A stretch of DNA of 64,000 bases from the IMG/VR virus record IMGVR_UViG_3300033407_000004, positions 1 through 64,000 of that record; one strand, written 5' to 3'. Position 1 is the stretch's first letter. Every line of letters starts with the position of its first letter. Under the pieces are notes generated by a model. The model saw only the letters and a program-made list of their open reading frames with translations. It did not search any database and was not told the origin of the DNA. Below, piece by piece: positions 46,482-53,385 of the stretch. Position numbers and translations under genes: made by a program. Source of the stretch: a virus. Lineage: Duplodnaviria > Caudoviricetes.

Positions 46482-46724
46482 CTATGTTGCCTTTCTTGCT
46501 TGTTTTGATTTATTTTCATCTTTCGTGTTTTTTTGTGCGGATAGCCGCACAGGGGAGCCATGTTTTTTTTCATACGGCACCACATACAGCCGAGGTCGGC
46601 CGAATAGAGTGTAATGAAAAATCTCTGGGTCGTTGAGCCCGTCGCAGTATCGTTTGACTGCCGATTTTGAACCGTGGAGATACACACAGATTTCATCCCA
46701 ACTGGTTTTTGTGCAATCACCCAT
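46482..46724 (-). CDS. Small HTH DNA-binding protein
   Basis: 'SWDEICVYLHGSKSAVKRY' resembles phage excisionase-type HTH; GGGGG RBS. Confidence 0.45.
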   Translation of the reverse strand: MGDCTKTSWDEICVYLHGSKSAVKRYCDGLNDPEIFHYTLFGRPRLYVVPYEKKHGSPVRLSAQKNTKDENKSKQARKAT

Positions 46725-46861
46725 AGACCACCCCCTTTTGACTTTTAATTGGCATCGGTCCCCCCGGTCACTCCACTACCCGCCACTCATATGTCGTCCA
46801 CCGTTCCTCCGCAACAGTCTTTTCGCCCACTTCCGGGCCGAGTGTTGAGGACGTATAGACT

Positions 46862-47434
46862 TTGTGTCCAGGAACGACGTGGATAATCGTATCCCGTGCC
46901 AGGCTCAGGGATCTGGCCGTCATTCCGCATAAGATCGAAAATGCACTCATCAACCAGAGGGCACTTGATGGCTATGTCGATGCTACTGCCATGTGTAAAG
47001 CCTCCGGGAAAGAATTCGGACATTACTACGAAAACAAGACAACAAAGGCTTTTCTTGCCGAGCTTTCTACCGTCATCGGAATTCCGATAACGCAACCTGT
47101 CTATAGAATTCAAGGCGGTAGGGCCGAACTTCAAGGCACTTGGGTTCATCCTGATGTTGCAATCAACCTTGGGCAATGGTGTTCTCCTAAATTTGCGGTT
47201 GCGGTTTCCCAATGGGTTCGTGAATGGATAACTGGAAAGTCAAAAATCGCTATTTTTCTAAATGACGTACAGCGCAAAAAAGCAAAAAAAGAGAATGAGT
47301 ATGGCGTATCAGCAACATTTTTGCCTGGCCACTTTAAGGCTTACACAGTTAAACTAAATCCGCTTGATGGAGTTTATTACTGTGACATCCGGCCCAACAT
47401 GCTTACCGACTCTTTGCTTTCCCACCACAAATGA
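46862..47434 (+). CDS. KilA-N domain protein (start uncertain)
   Basis: 'DGYVDATAMCKA', 'QGTWVHPDVAINLGQWCSPKFA'. Confidence 0.75.
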   Translation: MCPGTTWIIVSRARLRDLAVIPHKIENALINQRALDGYVDATAMCKASGKEFGHYYENKTTKAFLAELSTVIGIPITQPVYRIQGGRAELQGTWVHPDVAINLGQWCSPKFAVAVSQWVREWITGKSKIAIFLNDVQRKKAKKENEYGVSATFLPGHFKAYTVKLNPLDGVYYCDIRPNMLTDSLLSHHK

Positions 47435-47436
47435 GA

Positions 47437-47494
47437 TTCTAACAAGCAGGTCCAGACGGACGCGAACACCGCGCCGCTGACCTGCGCGTTAAAC
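47437..47494 (+). repeat. attC-like site 1 (58 bp)
   Basis: TTCTAAC-AAGCAGGTCCAG..CTGACCTGCGC-GTTAAAC; extra C in L''. Confidence 0.8.
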
Positions 47495-47495
47495 A

Positions 47496-47900
47496 CTACC
47501 AGCGTTCCGAATCATCGAATCTGACAATGAGTTCGGAGGCTAATTTATAAAGCCATTCCATCATTGCCACATGCTGCTTCCAACTGTGTTTCCCGCAAAG
47601 ATGAAGGTATCCGCCTTGCTGCTTTTTATCTCCCTCGCCTTCCTCTTCGCCAAACCATACATGACAACAGCCGTCCCACTTCATATATGCCGTGCAGTAA
47701 AGTTCCGTATCACAGGGCACATTTTCTTCGCCCCATGTAATTACTTCTTCAACCGTAACATTGATGTGCGTCTCGGATTTTTCTGTGATGGTAGCAATAA
47801 ATCCGATGTATCCGTCAGGTCCGACGAAGTGTTTAACCAGGGGATCGACTCTCTCTGGCTTATTCTCGCTCGGCGCTGGTTTTGTTTGTTCTGTGCTCAT
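47496..47900 (-). CDS. Hypothetical cassette gene A
   Basis: GAGGAG RBS and ATG 47900 lie inside attC site 2. Confidence 0.6.
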   Translation of the reverse strand: MSTEQTKPAPSENKPERVDPLVKHFVGPDGYIGFIATITEKSETHINVTVEEVITWGEENVPCDTELYCTAYMKWDGCCHVWFGEEEGEGDKKQQGGYLHLCGKHSWKQHVAMMEWLYKLASELIVRFDDSERW

Positions 47901-47934
47901 CGGTTTCTCCTCGGGGGGCATCCCCGCGTTAGCT
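47831..47934 (+). repeat. attC-like site 2 (104 bp)
   Basis: GTTTAAC-CAGGGGATCG...GCATCCCCGC-GTTAGCT. Confidence 0.7.
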
Positions 47935-48096
47935 CTTAACGTCCTTCTTCTTTCGGCGCGTTTCGGCTGATTTCTGAGCCATATCCCGCGCCTGCTCCGG
48001 TGTCAAAATACGGCGGGATTTGCTCCCGCCTTTGCTCGCCAATTCTTTTGCCGCTTTTTTGAGGCTGATTATGCCTCCGCAATGTGGGCACCTCAT
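47929..48096 (-). CDS. 55-aa basic protein with CxxC and KGG-like motif (cassette B gene 2)
   Basis: Hand-translated MRCPHCGG..SKGGSKSRRILTPEQARDMAQKSAETRRKK; TAATG coupling to upstream gene. Confidence 0.55.
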   Translation of the reverse strand: MRCPHCGGIISLKKAAKELASKGGSKSRRILTPEQARDMAQKSAETRRKKKDVKS

Positions 48097-48434
48097 TACT
48101 CGTCCTCGGCATCACGGGCAGTTTCGCGCTCAAAAATCAGGTCGCGTACCCGCTGCATAGACGATTCCGCGTCACCGTCCCAAAGCTCTGAGGACTCCTC
48201 TGCTGTAATAAGATCGTCCTCGATTGCATCCCGCTCCTCGCCAAGATACTCATAATAATCTGACCACCACTCGATAACTTGATCGGCGTCCTCGTGTCCC
48301 TCTACGTCTACCCGGCTCATCTCCCTGGAGCAATCGCCGTACATTGACGTTTCGCTGCCCGGTGCAAACTCCTGCTCCCACTCCATTACTTTTTCCGCGA
48401 AATCTTGCATCTTTTTTGTCTTATACTCGCTCAT
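48096..48434 (-). CDS. Acidic hypothetical protein (cassette B gene 1)
   Basis: GAGGAGG RBS, own promoter upstream. Confidence 0.6.
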   Translation of the reverse strand: MSEYKTKKMQDFAEKVMEWEQEFAPGSETSMYGDCSREMSRVDVEGHEDADQVIEWWSDYYEYLGEERDAIEDDLITAEESSELWDGDAESSMQRVRDLIFERETARDAEDE

Positions 48435-48487
48435 TGCCGCCTCCTCAAGATGCGGGCCTTTTGTGGTCCCGTCTTACTCTTGAGACA

Positions 48488-48516
48488 ATATTAGCATAAG
48501 CGGTTATGCTTGTCAA
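48488..48516 (-). promoter_or_regulatory. sigma70-type promoter with palindromic operator
   Basis: TTGACA-17 bp-TAATAT; AGCATAA-N4-TTATGCT palindrome fills the spacer. Confidence 0.7.
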
Positions 48517-48550
48517 GGGGTATTTGTAAAATAAATCTAAGTCAACACCG

Positions 48551-48608
48551 AGCTAACAAAACGATCCAGACGGGCGCTAAAATCGCGCCGCTGATCTGGA
48601 CGTTAGCT
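48551..48608 (+). repeat. attC-like site 3 (58 bp)
   Basis: AGCTAAC-AAAACGATCCAGACGGGCGC..GCGCCGCTGATCTGGAC-GTTAGCT. Confidence 0.85.
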
Positions 48609-49439
48609 CCTATAATCGTTCCATCTTACTGTTCTGAATACCTGCTTCGCGTTCACCCACCGGGCGAACCGGCGCTGATACTCGTTCCCCTTGTCCAGTG
48701 CCATAATGTACGGGTCGTATCCCATCGCGTCAATTACCATGACCCTGTGCATATCCTCTTCCGGGGTCGTGTGTCCGATCATCACGTACACCATGACCTT
48801 TGACACTTTCGCGGTTTTCAGGTGGCAGAGGCCGCGCAATACTTCCGCTTCATGCTCGGGGTAATCCCATGCGAAGTGAAGATACCCTTCGCGCTTCAAC
48901 TTCTTCACGGCCTGCGCCTGCTCCTCGCCTACGAGCCGAGCATCAAAGCCGTGTTCGATCACCGTCAACTTTGCGTCGGCGATCTCCGCGAACGTATCGC
49001 GCCAGTTCGGATCGGCAAACGTGTTATTGTTCATCAGCATGATCTTACTGAACCTTGGTTCGTGGAAATCCCAAATCGAATAATGCGTTTCATCGTTCCG
49101 TTGCTTCGGGACAATGCAAAAATCACACGTTCGAGGGCAAGCCTTGTACGTGTAGCCCATCGAATAATCAATCTTCGGATACAACGTATAGTCCGGCCTC
49201 ATCCGGTCCATCTCAGACGGCAATTTGCCCTCGGGATACTTCGGGCCTCCTACGAGATCCGCGACAGGATCAGGCGTACCCTGGAAGAGAACAGAGGCAT
49301 ACGTCAGGTCGGCGCTCGTCCCGGAGAACCACGGAAAATTCAGCGTCGTCTTGTCGCCCAACTTCCGATGATAGGCGCTGATTTTCATGGCCGCGAGGTT
49401 CGGCATTTTGCTATCGGGAGTATAGATATTTACGAGCAT
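48603..49439 (-). CDS. Radical SAM protein (cassette C)
   Basis: CxxxCxxC 'CPRTCDFC'; 'DSKMPNLAAMKISAYH' N-domain; in-frame upstream start at 49481 inside attC4 also possible. Confidence 0.8.
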   Translation of the reverse strand: MLVNIYTPDSKMPNLAAMKISAYHRKLGDKTTLNFPWFSGTSADLTYASVLFQGTPDPVADLVGGPKYPEGKLPSEMDRMRPDYTLYPKIDYSMGYTYKACPRTCDFCIVPKQRNDETHYSIWDFHEPRFSKIMLMNNNTFADPNWRDTFAEIADAKLTVIEHGFDARLVGEEQAQAVKKLKREGYLHFAWDYPEHEAEVLRGLCHLKTAKVSKVMVYVMIGHTTPEEDMHRVMVIDAMGYDPYIMALDKGNEYQRRFARWVNAKQVFRTVRWNDYRS

Positions 49440-49453
49440 AGTTTGTAAACCTG

Positions 49454-49510
49454 GGCTAACCAACGTATCGACGGGTCGCAAGACCCGCGCCCGTCATCCG
49501 GGCGTTATCG
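49454..49510 (+). repeat. attC-like site 4 (57 bp)
   Basis: GGCTAAC-CAACGTATCGACGGG..CCCGTCATCCGGGC-GTTATCG. Confidence 0.8.
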
Positions 49511-49867
49511 TGTCACATAGTTTAGGATTTCCATTTTTAATTTTTTTATCTTTTTATTTGTTAATATATGCTCATTGTGTTCGTCGTTGCAGTCGGCCCA
49601 TTCGAAAAAACAATATCGAGTTATCTTATTCTTATTTTTTATACACTCTTGCAATATCGGAATGCACTGTGGATAAATCTTATATCGTTTTTTTACCATT
49701 TCATATGAAATTGGTACATCTCGCTCGGCAATTTCGTTATTATCCCAACAAACATCATTTATATGATCAAGCTCGCTGCATTTTTCTTGCGCAGCCGCAG
49801 TCGAAATCAAAAAAGCGACGATAACAAAAGCGTCGAGCAAGCGCCTATATTCTTTTTTCTGTTTCAT
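49505..49867 (-). CDS. AT-rich, Cys-containing hypothetical protein with signal-like segment (cassette D)
   Basis: GGAGG RBS and ATG 49867 inside attC5; 'FVIVAFLISTAAAQ'. Confidence 0.55.
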   Translation of the reverse strand: MKQKKEYRRLLDAFVIVAFLISTAAAQEKCSELDHINDVCWDNNEIAERDVPISYEMVKKRYKIYPQCIPILQECIKNKNKITRYCFFEWADCNDEHNEHILTNKKIKKLKMEILNYVTR

Positions 49868-49908
49868 TCGGTCCTCCATTTCCGGCGTTGCTCACGCCTC
49901 CGTTATCT
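49819..49908 (+). repeat. attC-like site 5 (90 bp)
   Basis: CGATAAC-AAAAGCGTCGAGCAAGCGCC...GGCGTTGCTCACGCCTCC-GTTATCT. Confidence 0.8.
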
Positions 49909-50112
49909 AATTAACTGCAAGCGTTCAATGAGTTTCGCGTGATTTTTTACGATACCCATAAACGGCTGAACGATGTAATGCGGCTCTTGACTGCACTTGT
50001 CAGCCGCCGCAAGTAATTCTATACACAACGATTTTAATTCTTCCGTTTCTTGATACTGATTCACAATTTTGGCGCACATTCTCATCTCCTCAACCCCTCC
50101 ACGCGCTCGCAA
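49903..50112 (-). CDS. Hypothetical protein
   Basis: Stop codon coincides with attC5 R' triplet. Confidence 0.45.
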   Translation of the reverse strand: MRARGGVEEMRMCAKIVNQYQETEELKSLCIELLAAADKCSQEPHYIVQPFMGIVKNHAKLIERLQLIR

Positions 50113-50312
50113 TGAGCATGGACCTCTTCAGGCGTGTATGGATTGTCTCCCAACCTGCCGATGATGTACGGGAGCACGTGGAGTATTCCCCTCAGAGTCT
50201 TTTCGTCGGCAGTCTCCATGCCGCCATGAGATACGGCGCGGGCAATGTTGTTTTGCGCCGCGAGGAGGTAGGTTGTCGCGGTGCTATTGGTTGGGTCGGC
50301 TTCTTTACACAT
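50082..50312 (-). CDS. Hypothetical protein
   Basis: GGGAG RBS. Confidence 0.45.
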   Translation of the reverse strand: MCKEADPTNSTATTYLLAAQNNIARAVSHGGMETADEKTLRGILHVLPYIIGRLGDNPYTPEEVHAHCERVEGLRR

Positions 50313-50335
50313 GGGCTTTGCTCCCTTCGTGGTGG

Positions 50336-50761
50336 CTATTGTAATCGCCTTACTGCTTCCGTAAATGAAACTCCGTACACCTTACTTGCTACTCCGATGC
50401 TGTCGTCTTGGTATCCACATGACCAGCATTTCACATGGTTGTTTTTTATTCTCATCGACGGTCTCTTATCTACATGCTCACCGCTGATACAGGTTGCCAC
50501 TCCTCGATTGCAATCAATCAGGTTTTCTATCGGGTAATCTTTCGCTCTGGCTATCATCTCATCAGTGATTTTAAATTTGCCCGGCATCGGTTTTATCTCT
50601 TGTGTCCATTCCCTGATTAATTTTCTCGCCCTCTTTTCACTGGAGGATTGCGCCCTCCTCCATGCTTCCGCTTGCCACTGCTCTTCTTCAATCGAGACGC
50701 TGTGATTACAATACATTGGGCTGATGCGCTTCAGCCGTCTGAGTATTATCTGTTTTACCAT
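50336..50761 (-). CDS. CHC2 zinc-finger (primase ZBD) protein without TOPRIM domain
   Basis: 'CISGEHVDKRPSM...KCWSCG'. Confidence 0.75.
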   Translation of the reverse strand: MVKQIILRRLKRISPMYCNHSVSIEEEQWQAEAWRRAQSSSEKRARKLIREWTQEIKPMPGKFKITDEMIARAKDYPIENLIDCNRGVATCISGEHVDKRPSMRIKNNHVKCWSCGYQDDSIGVASKVYGVSFTEAVRRLQ

Positions 50762-52244
50762 TCCGATTGTTCCTGTTCGCGTTTTTTATGTTCAGGTATT
50801 TTATCAGTCTCAACGTTTCCTCTGACGGATAAACTGCATTTGGCCGTTCACGTGGTACTGATCCGTAAAGCTCTTTGCATTTATACCATGCCCAGCCATC
50901 CTTGAATCCTTTGCTTTGTGCATACCCCCTGAGCTCCGCATATATTTTATTCCGATCCGCCACGGGGGTTTCGACAAGTTTACCTTTCTTCTTGCTCATT
51001 TTCACAAGCTCACCGTCTGCGGTTTCGACCGTGTTTTTTTGTTTCGGCAGCTCATGACCGCACCGTGGACACTTTATGTTTTTCCTCGACAACAGTGCTG
51101 AGCATTTCGGGCAAAGAACTGGAAGACTTTCACTCTTCTTTTTTTCTTCTTTGGCAATTTCCTTTTTGTCTCTTGGTTTCCCGTCGTCCAACACTAAAGG
51201 CAGGTCGTCAGTCGGGAATCCAAGGCGACGACATGTCCCAGAGTGGTCGAGAATAGTGGCCTTCGACTTTCCTTCTATCGGTCTCAAGATACGTCCAGCC
51301 ATTTGAATATATCGAATCAGGCTCCTCGTGGGCCTAGCCAGTATCAGCACTTCACATGCCGGGAAATCCCAGCCTTCCTGAAGAATTCCGACGTTTGAAA
51401 TTATTTTTGTTTTGCCACTCGTCACCCGCGATAGAATATTACTGCGCTCTTCGTCGTCGGTATAGCAGTCGATATGCTCGGCAGATACGCCTATAGCGTT
51501 GAATTGCTCAACGATGTGCTTTGAGTGAGCGATATTTGTAGCAAAGCACACAGTCGGTTTATTCTCTGCCAGCTTCGTCCAATGTACCACGATATCGCCA
51601 ATCAGCTTTTCTTTATCAACCGCCTCACCCAGCTGCGTCTCGTTGTAGTCGCCTGCTACTATTTTCACTTTCGACAGGTCCGGCTCGCTCGGCGAGTAAA
51701 TATCGCAATCAACGAGAAAGCCCTCGTCAATCAGTTCACGTATCGTTGCCGCTGATGTGATATCTTCCCAAAGTTTTCCCCAGGTGTGTTCTTTCGACAT
51801 GCCTTTTGCAAACGGCGTAGCGGTCAGGCCAACAATAATCTTGCCCTTATAATGCTCCATGAGACGATGATACGCTTTTGATGAAGCCGTTCCGTGCGCC
51901 TCGTCAATCACCACGATATCGGCTTCAGGATATCCTCTTTTGTCTATGCTTTGAATGGAGCATACCTGAACCGGCTCATACGTCATCCTGGTATTTGATC
52001 CCTGAATTATTCCGTGGGATATCCCATCCCTTGAAATTCTGCGCGAGGTTTGATTGACAAGTTCAATTCGATTGCAGAGAAATATAATCCTCTTCGCCAT
52101 CGCTATGGCTCGCCTGATAATCTCCAGCGCGATTAATGTTTTTCCCGAGCCAGTAGGTGAATACAGTACCGCTCTTTTTTTACCGGAATAGAAAATCTCC
52201 CCTAGGGATAAAATCGCTTTTGTCTGATATGGCCTTAATTGCAT
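50706..52244 (-). CDS. SF2 DEAD/DEAH-box helicase with C-terminal Zn ribbon
   Basis: 'LRPYQ', 'PTGSGKT', 'IDEAH', 'LTATP', 'QMAGRILR', CPKC/CPRC. Confidence 0.92.
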   Translation of the reverse strand: MQLRPYQTKAILSLGEIFYSGKKRAVLYSPTGSGKTLIALEIIRRAIAMAKRIIFLCNRIELVNQTSRRISRDGISHGIIQGSNTRMTYEPVQVCSIQSIDKRGYPEADIVVIDEAHGTASSKAYHRLMEHYKGKIIVGLTATPFAKGMSKEHTWGKLWEDITSAATIRELIDEGFLVDCDIYSPSEPDLSKVKIVAGDYNETQLGEAVDKEKLIGDIVVHWTKLAENKPTVCFATNIAHSKHIVEQFNAIGVSAEHIDCYTDDEERSNILSRVTSGKTKIISNVGILQEGWDFPACEVLILARPTRSLIRYIQMAGRILRPIEGKSKATILDHSGTCRRLGFPTDDLPLVLDDGKPRDKKEIAKEEKKKSESLPVLCPKCSALLSRKNIKCPRCGHELPKQKNTVETADGELVKMSKKKGKLVETPVADRNKIYAELRGYAQSKGFKDGWAWYKCKELYGSVPRERPNAVYPSEETLRLIKYLNIKNANRNNRNGKTDNTQTAEAHQPNVL

Positions 52245-52287
52245 TGCTTGGAAACTCCCTGTTTTTCTGTATATGAATATATATTAC

Positions 52288-52743
52288 TTATCTTTTATTC
52301 TTAAAGGCGTCCTTGTCTTTGTCCTTGTCCTTGTCTTTGTCCTTGTCCTTGTCTTTGTCTTTAAGAGTATCGTTGACCACAACTAGACGACTAATTGAGG
52401 ACTCGTTGACCTCATTAAACCTAAGTCTTTGAATAATTGACAAATGCACCCTATTTGCAGGGTTTAAATGTTTGCCGTATTGGAATGCCAGGAAATCCAA
52501 AACGAACCATCTCCCGTTCTTCAGCACCTCTATTCGCGGTTTATCTGCGTTGAATTTCGATAGGGCATTATTGAGGTCAACTTGCACTCTAATTGTGGCC
52601 TCAAATATTCTTTTATTGGGCTTCCAAATTCCGGCATGGTCGCAGTCGTCAAGGATGAAAAACCAGAGAAACTTTTCCCCTGACGATAGATCGATAAACC
52701 AATCTTCTGTCCAGATTTCTGTTGCATGGAATCTCTTTGGCAT
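52288..52743 (-). CDS. Phage replication initiator-like protein (N-terminal wHTH plus DK repeat)
   Basis: 'TEIWTEDWFIDLS..EKFLWFFILDDCDHAG'; (DK)n tract; directly upstream of helicase. Confidence 0.6.
   Translation of the reverse strand: MPKRFHATEIWTEDWFIDLSSGEKFLWFFILDDCDHAGIWKPNKRIFEATIRVQVDLNNALSKFNADKPRIEVLKNGRWFVLDFLAFQYGKHLNPANRVHLSIIQRLRFNEVNESSISRLVVVNDTLKDKDKDKDKDKDKDKDKDAFKNKR
52310..52362. repeat. Hexamer tandem repeat (CYTTGT)n encoding DKDK; adjacent AT-rich tract 52265-52305
   Basis: About 9 units visible; candidate origin iterons. Confidence 0.6.
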
Positions 52744-52764
52744 GATGTCCTATCGAGCCTCAAA

Positions 52765-52864
52765 ACAAAATAACCGATCCATCCAGGAGTTTCCGAACGC
52801 AGTTTGGGGACCGCGTTCCCGCAGCTTTCGCTTTTGGGCATCCTGAATGAATCGGTTATTTTGT
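52765..52864 (-). ncRNA. Candidate structured leader/antisense RNA (24-bp closing stem)
   Basis: Arms 52765-52788 and 52841-52864; two mismatches are G-U pairs on the - strand; internal GAAA tetraloop. Confidence 0.5.
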
Positions 52865-52909
52865 TGAGATAGATTTTTCATAAGAGTCGGAAAACCCTCA
52901 AGCCTGCAC

Positions 52910-52938
52910 AGTATATTCACTCGTATTACTCATGTCAA
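52910..52938 (-). promoter_or_regulatory. Consensus-like sigma70 promoter for replication genes
   Basis: TTGACA-17 bp-TATACT. Confidence 0.8.
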
Positions 52939-53033
52939 TACAATTATCGCAAAAAAGCACAGAAAAACGCCCACACTCTCCCGTATGTGTTACGGCCTGT
53001 CGGAGTCGCAGGAGTGGTGTGAGCGCTGGCAAT

Positions 53034-53372
53034 CTACAATGCAATATATTCCCTAACGGGATGTCCGTGCGTCTTCACGCTATGCGCTGGGACAAAACGG
53101 CCAGTTCGTGTAATCAACCCATGTTTGGCTGCTGCCCTCGGGATAGATCCCCACGCCTTGTGCGTCACAGGCGGACTCTGGCACACCTCCCTGAACTCCT
53201 CGAACCGAAACGCCCGCTTGCCGGCCGCTTTCCTAGCATCGCAGAATGCGCGAAGCTCACGCAGGACGGAGGCCGTCCATCCGGGCGCCGAGTCCTCGGC
53301 ATGGTCCTGGGCGCGTGAAATTCCGATGTCGCGGAGTGCGGATCCTGATAGTTCAAACGCTATTTGGGTCAT
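53034..53372 (-). CDS. Hypothetical protein
   Basis: AGGAG RBS; 112 aa. Confidence 0.55.
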   Translation of the reverse strand: MTQIAFELSGSALRDIGISRAQDHAEDSAPGWTASVLRELRAFCDARKAAGKRAFRFEEFREVCQSPPVTHKAWGSIPRAAAKHGLITRTGRFVPAHSVKTHGHPVREYIAL

Positions 53373-53385
53373 AAAATCTCCTTAT

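Noticed and set aside
46720-46870. Upstream attC/attI boundary for the KilA-N gene
   Set aside because: No GTTAGAA or convincing GTTRRRY partner found, so KilA-N is not called a complete cassette
47437-49908. CRISPR interpretation of the spaced palindromic repeats
   Set aside because: Repeats are non-identical, 57-104 bp, separated by whole genes; no cas genes; they fit attC grammar
52990-53003. CGACAGGCCGTAAC complementary to the ACGCCTGT terminator octamer region at 13621
   Set aside because: Only 7+5 bp with a bulge; expected by chance in 64 kb
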